Positions 33,012 to 43,401 of a stretch of 64,000 nt of DNA are shown here, piece by piece (the first letter of the stretch is position 1; each line of letters begins with the position of its first letter). This stretch comes from an uncultured Acidobacteriota bacterium (GTDB lineage Bacteria; Acidobacteriota; Terriglobia; Acidiferrales; UBA7541), in contig CAVXCI010000001.1 in assembly GCA_963760285.1 (NCBI GenBank), positions 2,067,289 through 2,131,288 of the forward strand. The letters are read 5' to 3'. The position numbers were made by a program, and so were the translations under genes. The notes beneath the pieces were generated by a model. That model worked only from the letters and a program-made list of their open reading frames with translations, was not told the DNA's origin and made no database searches.

Positions 33012-33038
33012 GACCGCCATTCGCGGCGCCGAACCTGA

Positions 33039-34580
33039 ATGAGTCTTCCCCGAAGCGCCCGATGGCTGCTCTCGCTGGCCTCGGGATTTCTTCTCGCATT
33101 CTCTCTCCCTGACTACAACTGGCCTGTGCTGGCCTGGGTGGCCGTGGCGCTGCTGCTGGTGGCCGTCAGCGGAGCAGGCGTTCGGGAAGCGGCATTTTGC
33201 GGCTGGCTGCACGGCGCGGCGTTTTATCCCGCCACGCTGCCGTGGATTTTTGTGGTCATGCGGCAGTACGGAAATTTGGACGCCGTAACCGCGGCCGCCG
33301 TTTTGGGATTGCTTGCCGCTGTGGGTGGATTGCTTTCCGGCGCATTCACCGCCGGTTTTGTTTTCATTGAGAGCCGGAAAAAAGGCTGGGGGTTTCTCGC
33401 CGCGCCGTTTTTGTGGGTGGCCATAGAAGAAGTCCGCACGCATCTTCCGGACATTGGCTTTCCCTGGAATTTATCGGGCTATGCGGCGGCGCAAAATTTG
33501 GCGTTGATGCAGCTTGCGCCGTGGATGGGAGTTTACGGCCTGTCATTCCTGATCGTGGCCTTCAACGCGCTGCTGGCGTGGGCTTTCCTGCGGCGCGACC
33601 GGCGCTCCATCGCCATTCTGACCGCCGCGATTATTATTTTGACTTGCGTGGCGGCGATCGGCCCGCGCTTCGTGCCCACCGCCGCGCCGTCTGGCGTCGC
33701 GCATCTGGTGCAGACCGATTTTCCGCAGTCGGAAAGCTATCCCGCCAATTGGATGGCGCTCCACGCCGCCGACTTGGACCAACTCGAACGCATCAGCGTG
33801 GACGCCGCGCGCCGCGCGCCCGGTCCGGTGATCTGGCCGGAAGTCCCCGCGCCATTCTCGTTCCTGGACCCGCGCTTCGCCGCGCGCATGCAGCGCATCG
33901 TTCACGACGGCGGTCAGCCGCTGCTGGTGGGCGTGGTGGAGTGGCGTCCCAATGCGAATCTCAGCGCGTATCACGCCTTCAACAGCGTGGTCCTGCTGGA
34001 TTCCAGCGGCCAGCGCACTTTCACCTATGACAAAATTCACCTCGTTCCCTTCGGCGAATATGTCCCCTGGCGAAAATGGATTCCCTTTGCCGGGCGGCTC
34101 ACCGCGGACATTTCCGATTTCACTCCCGGCGCGAGCTACCGCACCGGCGAATTTCCCGGCGGACCGTTTGGCGTGTTCATCTGCTACGAATCCATTTTCC
34201 CCGCGGAAGTGCGCCGCTTTGTTCTGAACGGCGCGCAGCTTCTGATTAACGTTTCCAACGACGGCTGGTTTGGCCGTTCCGCCGCGCCGGCGCAGCACTT
34301 GCTGATGGTCCGGGTGCGCGCCGCGGAGAACCGCCGCTGGATTTTGCGCGACACCAACAACGGTTACACTGTTTCCATTGATCCCTATGGCCGCATTGTG
34401 GCCGCGCTGCCCACGGACGTTCGCGGCCAGCTCGACGCGCCATTCGCCTTTCGCTCGGATGAAACTATTTACACCCGCTGCGGCGATTGGGTTGCGTGGC
34501 TGTCCATCATCGCGTCCCTTGTTTTTCTTCTTGCATGCCTCGGGCGCCGCGCGATGGCCGCGCCAGGGAGCGAAACTTGA
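33039..34580 (+). CDS. lnt: Apolipoprotein N-acyltransferase
   Basis: Polytopic N-terminal domain plus a CN-hydrolase domain with the catalytic triad context (VVEW...NSVVLLDSSGQ, HLVPFGEYVP, ICYESIFPA). Confidence 0.85.
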   Translation: MSLPRSARWLLSLASGFLLAFSLPDYNWPVLAWVAVALLLVAVSGAGVREAAFCGWLHGAAFYPATLPWIFVVMRQYGNLDAVTAAAVLGLLAAVGGLLSGAFTAGFVFIESRKKGWGFLAAPFLWVAIEEVRTHLPDIGFPWNLSGYAAAQNLALMQLAPWMGVYGLSFLIVAFNALLAWAFLRRDRRSIAILTAAIIILTCVAAIGPRFVPTAAPSGVAHLVQTDFPQSESYPANWMALHAADLDQLERISVDAARRAPGPVIWPEVPAPFSFLDPRFAARMQRIVHDGGQPLLVGVVEWRPNANLSAYHAFNSVVLLDSSGQRTFTYDKIHLVPFGEYVPWRKWIPFAGRLTADISDFTPGASYRTGEFPGGPFGVFICYESIFPAEVRRFVLNGAQLLINVSNDGWFGRSAAPAQHLLMVRVRAAENRRWILRDTNNGYTVSIDPYGRIVAALPTDVRGQLDAPFAFRSDETIYTRCGDWVAWLSIIASLVFLLACLGRRAMAAPGSET

Positions 34581-34653
34581 GACGGGCGAGCCAGCCAGCT
34601 TGCGCCTCGGCGGCGCATGCAGCGGACGCGGTTTTCCCGGCATCAAAGTCCTT

Positions 34654-36234
34654 ATGAGACTCTTGCGCGCATTAGCGTTGCTCTCGATACTGACAATTCT
34701 CCACGGCCCGGCAAGGTCGCGCGCCCAAACGCTGGACGCGTCTTCCGCAACGCCAATGCTCTCGGCGCAAGGACCGTGGAATTCAAACCAGCGCCTGACA
34801 TGGCGGAATGCCGCGTCGCCATCCGCGCCCGGTCCTGGAGCCATCATGGGAGGCCCGGGGAACGGTCCCGAGCCGGGCCAGCCGATGTACATCTGCCGGG
34901 CGAAAGTTCAGGGCAGCGTGACTCCCGGAAAATGGCTGAAGGGCAACTGCAACGTCGCCTATGGCGGCCGTGAAATAGTGATGACGCAGTATCAGGTGGC
35001 GTATGGCAATGCGTCGTGGCAGCGGTATACGGGCAATACCAACGGGCTGATCCAGACGGGCACCGATAGCAACGGCACGCCGCTTTTTTCCTGCCGCGCG
35101 CGATATCGTTCCGGAGGGGATCAGGGTTATCAGCCCGGAAAGCTGCTGAACGGCATGTGCAGAATTCCGCTTGGCGGACAGGAAGTGGTCGTCAGGCCGC
35201 CATTCGATGTGCTATGCGTGACGGGAAGCAGCTACCCGCCGGCGTATCCTCCTTCATATCCGCCTTCGGGATATCCGCCATATCCGGCTCCCGGTTATCC
35301 ACCGCCAGGATATCCGCCGCCGGGATATCCGCCGGCGCCGCCGTATCCGCCTCGGATAATCTATCCGGCGCCGAATCCGAGCACGGTGACGTGGCAAACG
35401 GCGCAGTCCGGCAATGTGCCGGGTGCGGGAGCGATTCAGGGAGGTCCCGGCAACGGACCAAAAGAAGGTTCGCCGCTTTATATTTGCCGCGCGGCGGGTT
35501 ACGGCGGAGGCCTTTATCCCGGCAAATGGATTGAGGGCAAGTGCAGCATAGCGACCGCCGGCCGGGAATTAAAAGCCAGGCAATATGAGTTGGCCTACGG
35601 CGCGGCGGTGTGGGGTCCGTTCAATGGGATCACGCCAGACATGGTGCAGGGCGGCTACGATATTGATCGCACGCCGCTCTACGTCTGCCGCGTGCCGCAT
35701 TTCCAGTCGGGATTTGGCGACAAGGGCAATCAGCCGGGATATTTGAAGAATGGCTACTGCATCGTTTCGTACAATTCGGCGACGTTCAATCCTCCGCCGT
35801 TTGAAGTTCTGTACAACGCTCCAGGAGCCAATCCGCCCGCGAATCGGGGCCAGAACAACAACGCTCCGGGCGGGAACGCCGTTGAAAATAATGGCGCGAA
35901 CGCCGGCCAGAGCAATGGCGCGGACAATGGCTCGGACAATGGCGCGGGAGACAACGAGGATGCCACGCCGGCGCCGCAGGGAATGCGCGTGGTTTTTGAT
36001 ACCGGCACGGGAGCGGAGGGGGGAGGACTGGTCGTCACCAATGCCGACACGGGGAAGTCAGTAACCCGGGACCTCGCTCCCAACATGACTGCGGCGGCAT
36101 GTTTGAAGGCGCTTCAGCGGTTGGCGTTGGACGCGGGCTTGCAGATTCAAATGGACGGCGACGGCCTCAAAATCGCCGGGCCGGATAACCGGCTGGACGT
36201 TAAAGGCGCCAATGTGACCGTGACGTCATACTGA
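34654..36234 (+). CDS. Secreted protein with four DM9 (DUF3421) repeats split by a PGYPP-rich linker
   Basis: Signal peptide MRLLRALALLSILTILHGPARSRAQT. Four repeats of GAIxGGPGNGP..G.P(M/L)YICRA......PGK(W/L)..G.C...(G)G.E, matching the DM9 consensus. A linker YPPAYPPSYPPSGYPPYPAPGYPPPGYPPPGYPPAPPYPP sits between repeats 2 and 3, and the tail is Asn/Gly-rich. Confidence 0.65.
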   Translation: MRLLRALALLSILTILHGPARSRAQTLDASSATPMLSAQGPWNSNQRLTWRNAASPSAPGPGAIMGGPGNGPEPGQPMYICRAKVQGSVTPGKWLKGNCNVAYGGREIVMTQYQVAYGNASWQRYTGNTNGLIQTGTDSNGTPLFSCRARYRSGGDQGYQPGKLLNGMCRIPLGGQEVVVRPPFDVLCVTGSSYPPAYPPSYPPSGYPPYPAPGYPPPGYPPPGYPPAPPYPPRIIYPAPNPSTVTWQTAQSGNVPGAGAIQGGPGNGPKEGSPLYICRAAGYGGGLYPGKWIEGKCSIATAGRELKARQYELAYGAAVWGPFNGITPDMVQGGYDIDRTPLYVCRVPHFQSGFGDKGNQPGYLKNGYCIVSYNSATFNPPPFEVLYNAPGANPPANRGQNNNAPGGNAVENNGANAGQSNGADNGSDNGAGDNEDATPAPQGMRVVFDTGTGAEGGGLVVTNADTGKSVTRDLAPNMTAAACLKALQRLALDAGLQIQMDGDGLKIAGPDNRLDVKGANVTVTSY

Positions 36235-36444
36235 TGGCGGCCGGAGCGGTGTCCCGGCGGGCAGGCGGAGGCTTTGCAGCGGGGCGCTGGAGATTTTTCT
36301 TCCCGTCGCGTGGCTGTCGCGGCTTGGGTCCGGCCTTTTCCGCGCGTTCGCGCGCCGGGGGACGGGTTGAGGTGCTCAGGAGTGGAGGATACCGGGCGAG
36401 GCGGCGGGATTTTGGGGGTTGAAAAGCCGCAAAAATGAGAAGTC

Positions 36445-36618
36445 AAAAAGTGTCCCTATTAGAAAAGTGTATGTTATTGATTATGTGAGAGTTGCGGTTT
36501 TGCGACTGTCACATGTGTCCCTATTAGAAATTGTGGTTTTGGCCCTTTCTTCGGTGTTTGGACATAGTTCTGACTCATTGTCCCCGTTCAACAGAAAAAA
36601 TCAACAGCAGCTTCTGTA
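36445..36618 (+). repeat. 174-bp structured repeat element, copy L, with two internal 16-20-nt direct repeats gtgtCCCTattagaaa
   Basis: Conserved blocks aaaagtgt-NNNN-attagaaa, ttgatt, ttttgcgactgt, (a)catgtgt-NNNN-attagaaat, acatagttctgac and aaaaaatcaacagcagcttctgtaa. It aligns block-for-block, at about 75% identity, with the reverse complement of 59343-59516. Confidence 0.85.
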
Positions 36619-36744
36619 ATGCGGCGCCGGTCGCAGGGAAAACAGAACTGCGGGAGGCACAATGCCGAAAAAGGCTGGCGGCCTAAAGCCGCCGCTACAT
36701 GGCTATGCCGGACGCTACACCCTGCCATAAACAAAAATGGGCAG

Positions 36745-36768
36745 GAAAATCAACAGCAGGTTCTGTAA
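36745..36768 (+). repeat. Partial extra copy of the terminal block (aaaatcaacagcaGgttctgtaac) of the 174-bp element
   Basis: 23/24 identity to block D of copy L. Lies between copy L and the SIR2-like gene stop. Confidence 0.6.
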
Positions 36769-36819
36769 CGATTCTTAGGCCGGGACCTTCTCCCAAACGG
36801 GTGAGTTTATCAGCCCCGT

Positions 36820-37818
36820 CTATTCAGCAGCCAAGAAGTCTTCGAATCGCCCTCTACCAAGTGTCTCAATGCGTCGGAAACCCCGCGATGTGAACTCGTG
36901 TGCAATCTGGGTACCCCTCCCTCCGGAGAATATGGCGATCTGCGCGTCGCGATTGCATCGCCGGAATAGCAGATCTCTAGCCCTTTCGTCCGCATCAGGC
37001 ATGCTGTAGCCGATGATGACGATCTTGTCGGAAGAATTCAGGACGTCTCCAGCTTGCCCCCAGAGGGCGTTCCAGAAGGGTTCCCATTCGCGCCCACCAA
37101 TTGAGGTTCTTATGTAGAAGAACTTCCGGCGAGAGAGAGATATAAGGGCAGGCACTGCCGGAGATGTTTGTGTGCCACACAACGGGTCCGATATCTCGTT
37201 AGAGTAGGAAAAGAAGCCAAACTCTCGCTGAAGGATAACAGGTCGGTCAGGCAGAGATTTCGAACCGGCCTGAAAGGAACCCGTCATTCCCCCAAACACT
37301 GGTCCCCACCAATTGGTGCTGCCATGCAATTTCAAGACCTTGACGCTAGACGGAGGAATAGCATCGATACCGAGCCGAAAGCCGTACCCATCGCTGATTT
37401 CCCATATCCCAGCCTCTTTGAGCGCGTGCTCGCAGGCCAAGTCGTAGTTGAAAGTGATTACCACGTCGCCCGATCGTAGGTTGGTGCGCGCAAATTGATC
37501 GTAGAGTGGAGACGGGCCGTATTTCCGGTCATTGAAGAATTCAATGGTTGACAATAAAAGGGCTTGGCGACATGCGGCGCGCTCAGGTTCGCGCAGGGCT
37601 GCCGCTCGTGACAAGGGTGGGTACTCGTCGAGTTCTGTCAATACTTGTTCCAAGTCCGCCCTCTCTCCGTAGACCTCGCGGACAGTCGCAAGAGGGTTGT
37701 ACCAATGGTGTTCGAACTGCCTATGTGAGTACCAGGCGCACAATTCGCTCCACAGGTTGCGGGCAAGCGGATAACCGGCGTGGAGGGAAGCACCCGCACC
37801 AAGTATGTAGGTTGTCAT
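36820..37818 (-). CDS. SIR2_2-family (DHS-like NAD-binding fold) protein, 332 aa, stand-alone
   Basis: N-terminus YILGAGASLHAGYPLARNLWSEL and motifs VITFNYDLACEHAL (the family TTNYD motif) and VLKLHGSTNW. GC about 55% against roughly 65% for flanking genes. ATG at the complement of 37816-37818. Confidence 0.7.
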   Translation of the reverse strand: MTTYILGAGASLHAGYPLARNLWSELCAWYSHRQFEHHWYNPLATVREVYGERADLEQVLTELDEYPPLSRAAALREPERAACRQALLLSTIEFFNDRKYGPSPLYDQFARTNLRSGDVVITFNYDLACEHALKEAGIWEISDGYGFRLGIDAIPPSSVKVLKLHGSTNWWGPVFGGMTGSFQAGSKSLPDRPVILQREFGFFSYSNEISDPLCGTQTSPAVPALISLSRRKFFYIRTSIGGREWEPFWNALWGQAGDVLNSSDKIVIIGYSMPDADERARDLLFRRCNRDAQIAIFSGGRGTQIAHEFTSRGFRRIETLGRGRFEDFLAAE

Positions 37819-38021
37819 CAGTGCCCGTTCGTGTTCTGCTCTGTACTCGAAACACAGTCTTGCGCTGGTTGCCACCGACAGCTGCACTTATGCCGCGTCG
37901 TAACATCACGCTACGCCAGCGGAATCGGTGTGTCAATGCGGCGGGCGCCAGCCGATTGGACAAGCTGGCGGCGCGCGGACGGGGTTTGCGCGGGGGCGGG
38001 GATTTCCCTTAGGATTGAAGC

Positions 38022-39183
38022 ATGCACATTGAGGATTTGCAGCGGCATTTCACCGAGCTCCAGCAGCGCATCGAGACGGTGCGGAGCTTTCTTTGACGTT
38101 CCCCTGCACCGCCAGCGGCTGAGCGAGCTGGACGAAAAAGTTAACAACCCCGATCTGTGGTCCAATCCCGAAGAGGCGCAAGTTTTATTCCAGCGGCGCA
38201 AGCAGGCTTCCGAGCGCATCGAAGCGGACACCAAACTTCAGCGGTACGTCGGCGATCTCGAAACCTATTTCCATCTGGCGCAGGAAGAGACCGATCCGCA
38301 ACAGCGTGAATCGGTGCTGCGCGAGCTGACCGAAGAGCTGGCGCAGGCGGAGGCGTACACCTCGCAACTGGAAACGCAGACGCTTCTCGCCGGAGAAAGC
38401 GACGCGCTGAACGCCATCATGACCATCAAGCCCGGCGCGGGCGGTACGGAATCGCAGGACTGGGCGGAAATGCTTCTGCGCATGTACATGCGCTGGGCGG
38501 ACGGAAAGGGTTTTCGCACCACGGTGATTGATTCCACTCCCGGCGAGGAAGCGGGACTGAAACTGGCCACGGTGCGCATCGAAGGCGAAAATGCCTACGG
38601 ATTGCTGGTGGGAGAGAGCGGCGTCCATCGTTTGGTGCGCATTTCGCCGTTTGACCAGGCGGCGCGGCGGCACACTTCGTTTGCGTCCGTCTACGTGATT
38701 CCGGAAATTGACGACAAAATCGAAATCGTCATCAAGCCGGACGACATTCGCATCGATACTTTCCGCGCGGGCGGCGCTGGCGGCCAGCATGTGAACATGA
38801 CCGACTCGGCGGTGCGCATCACCCACTTCGCGTCCGGGATCGTGGTGCAGTGCCAGAACGAGCGCAGCCAGCACAAGAACAAGGACATGGCCATGAAGGT
38901 GCTGCGGTCACGGCTTTACGAATTCGAAATGGACAAGCGCCGCGAGGAGTCGCGCAAGCTGAACGCCTCCAAGGCGGATATCAGCTTCGGCAGCCAGATT
39001 CGGTCCTACGTTTTGCAGCCGTACCAGATTATTAAGGACCATCGCACGCGGCACGAGCGCGGCGACGTCCAAAAAGTGCTGGATGGCGACATTGACGACT
39101 TCATCCGCACTTTTCTGCTGTGGCGGCGCGACCCCGGCAAATTTGCCGCCGCGCAAGCCGCCGATGATGAGCTGGACGTCTGA
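38022..39183 (+). CDS. prfB: Peptide chain release factor 2, expressed via a programmed +1 ribosomal frameshift, join(38022..38096, 38098..39183)
   Basis: ORF0 is MHIEDLQRHFTELQQRIETVRSFL, ending at CTT TGA C (38091-38097) with an upstream GGAG. The +1 frame continues DVPLHRQRLSELDEKVNNPDLW...SPFDQ...GGQHVN (GGQ motif)...KDHRT. The ORF-track entry 37780-39183 is just the +1 frame artificially extended upstream. Confidence 0.9.
38091..38097 (+). other. RF2 autoregulatory +1 frameshift site (CUU UGA C)
   Basis: The sequence CTTTGAC follows 25 codons of prfB with an SD-like GGAG 5 nt upstream. This site is conserved across bacteria. Confidence 0.85.
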
Positions 39184-39414
39184 CCGCCTTGCCACGCTTC
39201 ATATGGGTGTGGCGATGGCCCCCGGGGCTTCCATTCGACTCCCGTTTGCGCCCCTTCCACCCCCAAATCTCGCCATTCAATGCGGCTAATTACAGTTCTG
39301 GCGTTCCGCGTTGACACGCTCCAAATCGCATGTTACCTTCGCATTTTCAGCAATTTCCGCCGTATTTGGGGATCCGAAAAATCAAAGAGCTTTGATCCGT
39401 GACAGGAGACAATT

Positions 39415-40596
39415 TTGGCCCAATCCTCTGAACGATTTCTGTTTACGTCCGAGTCCGTAACCGAAGGCCATCCCGATAAGATGGCCGACCAGATTTCCGA
39501 CGCCGTGCTGGATGCGGTGCTCACGCAGGACCCCTTCGGGCGCGTGGGTTGCGAGACGCTGCTGACCACCGGGCTGGTGGTCATCGCCGGTGAAATCACC
39601 ACCAAGGCGCATTTTGACTATTCCGGCATCGCCCGCGAAGTGATCCGCGAAATCGGATACACCGATTCCGACTACGGATTTGACGCCGATACCTGCGGGA
39701 TCATCACCGCCATCAAGCAGCAAAGCCCGGACATCGCCATGGGCGTGGATATCGGTGGGGCGGGCGACCAGGGCATGATGTTCGGCTACGCCTGCGATGA
39801 AACCAACGATTTAATGCCCATGCCCATCGAACTGGCGCACCGCCTCACGCGGCGTCTGGCGCACGTCCGCAAGGAAGGCCTGCTGGATTTTCTGCGGCCC
39901 GACGGCAAATCGCAGGTCACCGTGGAATACTTGAACGGCCGGCCGGAGCGCATTGATTGCGTTGTGGTTTCGTCGCAGCACAGCGATAAAGTTTCCGACA
40001 AGATTCTGCGCGAAGGCATCATCCGCGAGGTGATCAAGCCCGAGCTTCCCGCCCACATGCTGGACAGCCATACCAAGTACCACATCAATCCCACCGGGCG
40101 TTTCGTCACCGGCGGACCCATGGGCGACGCGGGGCTCACCGGGCGCAAAATTATCGTGGATACCTACGGCGGCTACAGCCGCCACGGCGGCGGCGCGCTT
40201 TCCGGCAAGGATCCAACCAAGGTGGACCGTTCCGCGTGCTACATCGCGCGGTACATCGCCAAGAATCTGGTGGCCGCGGGCGTGGCGCGCAGAGTGGAAG
40301 TGCAGCTGGCCTATGCCATCGGCGTGGCCGAGCCGGTTTCGGTGATGGCGGAGACATTCGGCACCGGAATGCTTCCCGACTGGCAGATTACGGAACTGAT
40401 TCGTTCCTTCTTCTCGCTGACGCCTCTCGGAATTATCGAAAGCCTTCAGTTGCGCCGGCCCATTTACCAGCAGACGGCTTCTTACGGCCATTTTGGACGG
40501 ACCGAGCCCGGCTTTAGCTGGGAACGGACCGACAAGGCGGAAGCCATCCGCCAGCAGGCGTCACAATTGAACGGAGCGGTTGCGGCCCACCGCTAG
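39415..40596 (+). CDS. metK: S-adenosylmethionine synthetase
   Basis: [22 protein letters not shown] and [17 protein letters not shown] motifs. TTG start after an AGGAGA SD. Confidence 0.9.
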   Translation: MAQSSERFLFTSESVTEGHPDKMADQISDAVLDAVLTQDPFGRVGCETLLTTGLVVIAGEITTKAHFDYSGIAREVIREIGYTDSDYGFDADTCGIITAIKQQSPDIAMGVDIGGAGDQGMMFGYACDETNDLMPMPIELAHRLTRRLAHVRKEGLLDFLRPDGKSQVTVEYLNGRPERIDCVVVSSQHSDKVSDKILREGIIREVIKPELPAHMLDSHTKYHINPTGRFVTGGPMGDAGLTGRKIIVDTYGGYSRHGGGALSGKDPTKVDRSACYIARYIAKNLVAAGVARRVEVQLAYAIGVAEPVSVMAETFGTGMLPDWQITELIRSFFSLTPLGIIESLQLRRPIYQQTASYGHFGRTEPGFSWERTDKAEAIRQQASQLNGAVAAHR

Positions 40597-41922
<1,326 letters not shown>

Positions 41923-41943
41923 TTTCCGCTCCACCAGTTCTCC

Positions 41944-43401
41944 ATGAGGGAATTCGCCGAATGGGCCATTGAAACCGCGCGCCTGCGCGGCGCGCGTTAT
42001 GCCGACGCGCGGGTGATGGACGTTCGCCAGCGGGACATCTCCACAAAGAACGGCGAAGTCGGCGCGCTGATGGAAAGCGAATCGCGCGGCATCGGCGTCC
42101 GCGTCCTGATGAACGGCGCGTGGGGATTTGCCTCCACCGACCGCCTTACGCGCGAAGGTGTGCAGGCTTGCGCGGCGCGCGCCGTGGCCATCGCCCGCGC
42201 ATCCGCGCGCGTCCGGCTGCATCAGGTAGTCCTGGCCGATGAGCAGGCCTTCGTGGATACCTGGCAGAATCCTTACATCAAGGATCCTTTTCGCGTTCCC
42301 GTGGAGCGTCAGTTGGAGTTGCTGCTGGCCGCGGACCGCGAAATGCGCGCTGTTTCCGGCGTGACGCTGGCGGAGGGCAGCATGTCCTTCCGGCGTATCG
42401 AGCAGATTTTCGTGTCCACGCTGGGCTCGGTGATCCGGCAGCGCAAGATGCAGTCCGGCGCGGGAATCACCGCCACCAGCTTTCGTAAAGACGAAATCCA
42501 GAAGCGCTCCTATCCCAATAGCGCTGGCGGCCAATACGCCTTGCAAGGCTACGAATTGGTGGAAGCCATGGACCTTCCCGCGCATGGCCGGCGCATCGGC
42601 GAAGAGGCCGTGGCGCTGCACTCCGCCGCGCAGTGTCCCGAAGGCGCGCGCACGGTTATCCTGGGCGCCTCGCAACTGGGCTTGCAGATTCACGAGTCCA
42701 TCGGCCATCCCATAGAACTGGACCGCGTTCTCGGCGTGGAAGCCAATTATGCGGGCATGAGTTTTCTCACCACGGAAAAACTGCGGCGGCTGCAATATGG
42801 CTCTGAAATTGTGAATGTGGTGGCCGACGCCCGGCTGGAGCATGGCGCGGGATTGGGGACGTTCGCCTATGACGACGAAGGCGTGCCCGCGCAATGCACT
42901 CCCATCATTACTAATGGCCTGTTCACCGGCTATCTCACCAGCCGCGAAACCGCTGCGGCCGTCGGTGAAAAACGTTCCGGTGGGACCATGCGCGCCGAAA
43001 GCTGGAACCGCGTGGCCATGATCCGCATGACCAACGTCAGCCTGCTGCCCGGCGCGTGGCGCTTCGAGGATTTAATCGCCGACACCGACGACGGAATTTT
43101 GATGGAGACCAATCACTCCTGGTCCATTGACGATCGTCGCTATCATTTTCAGTTTTCAACCGAAATTGGCTGGGAGATTCGCGGCGGCCGCAAAGCCCGC
43201 ATGTTGAAGAATTGCAGCTACAGCGGCATCACCACGGAATTCTGGTCTTCCTGCGACGCCATCTGCTCGCGCGATTACTGGACGCTGTGGGGCACGCCGA
43301 ATTGCGGCAAGGGACAGCCTCCGCAGACCATGGGCACCGGCCACGGTGCCGCGCCCGCGCGTTTTCGCAACGTGCGCGTGGGAGTGGCGTTCTCGCAATG
43401 A
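41944..43401 (+). CDS. tldD: TldD-family metalloprotease (peptidase U62)
   Basis: 485-aa U62/PmbA_TldD fold with a HExxxGH-like motif (HESIGHPIELD) and the C-terminal GTPNCGKG. Confidence 0.8.
   Translation: MREFAEWAIETARLRGARYADARVMDVRQRDISTKNGEVGALMESESRGIGVRVLMNGAWGFASTDRLTREGVQACAARAVAIARASARVRLHQVVLADEQAFVDTWQNPYIKDPFRVPVERQLELLLAADREMRAVSGVTLAEGSMSFRRIEQIFVSTLGSVIRQRKMQSGAGITATSFRKDEIQKRSYPNSAGGQYALQGYELVEAMDLPAHGRRIGEEAVALHSAAQCPEGARTVILGASQLGLQIHESIGHPIELDRVLGVEANYAGMSFLTTEKLRRLQYGSEIVNVVADARLEHGAGLGTFAYDDEGVPAQCTPIITNGLFTGYLTSRETAAAVGEKRSGGTMRAESWNRVAMIRMTNVSLLPGAWRFEDLIADTDDGILMETNHSWSIDDRRYHFQFSTEIGWEIRGGRKARMLKNCSYSGITTEFWSSCDAICSRDYWTLWGTPNCGKGQPPQTMGTGHGAAPARFRNVRVGVAFSQ

Noticed and set aside
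36445-36530. Two 20-nt direct repeats separated by a 47-nt spacer inside each 174-bp element: a mini CRISPR array?
   Set aside because: There are only two repeats per copy. The spacers of the two copies are themselves homologous (shared ttgatt and ttttgcgactgt blocks), so they are part of a larger conserved element rather than acquired spacers. There are no cas genes in the window.
37780-38021. ORF-track 467-aa ORF 37780-39183 as a single long gene
   Set aside because: The upstream 80 codons have no RF2 homology. The true prfB begins at ATG 38022 in frame 0 and shifts +1 at CUU UGA C.
39184-39414. Possible SAM riboswitch upstream of metK
   Set aside because: The leader lacks the conserved SAM-I core (the ...GAGGGA..GGC.CGA.GAA.C.GCAACC... 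pattern). It shows only a promoter-like TTGACA and a short hairpin (ggatc...gatcc).
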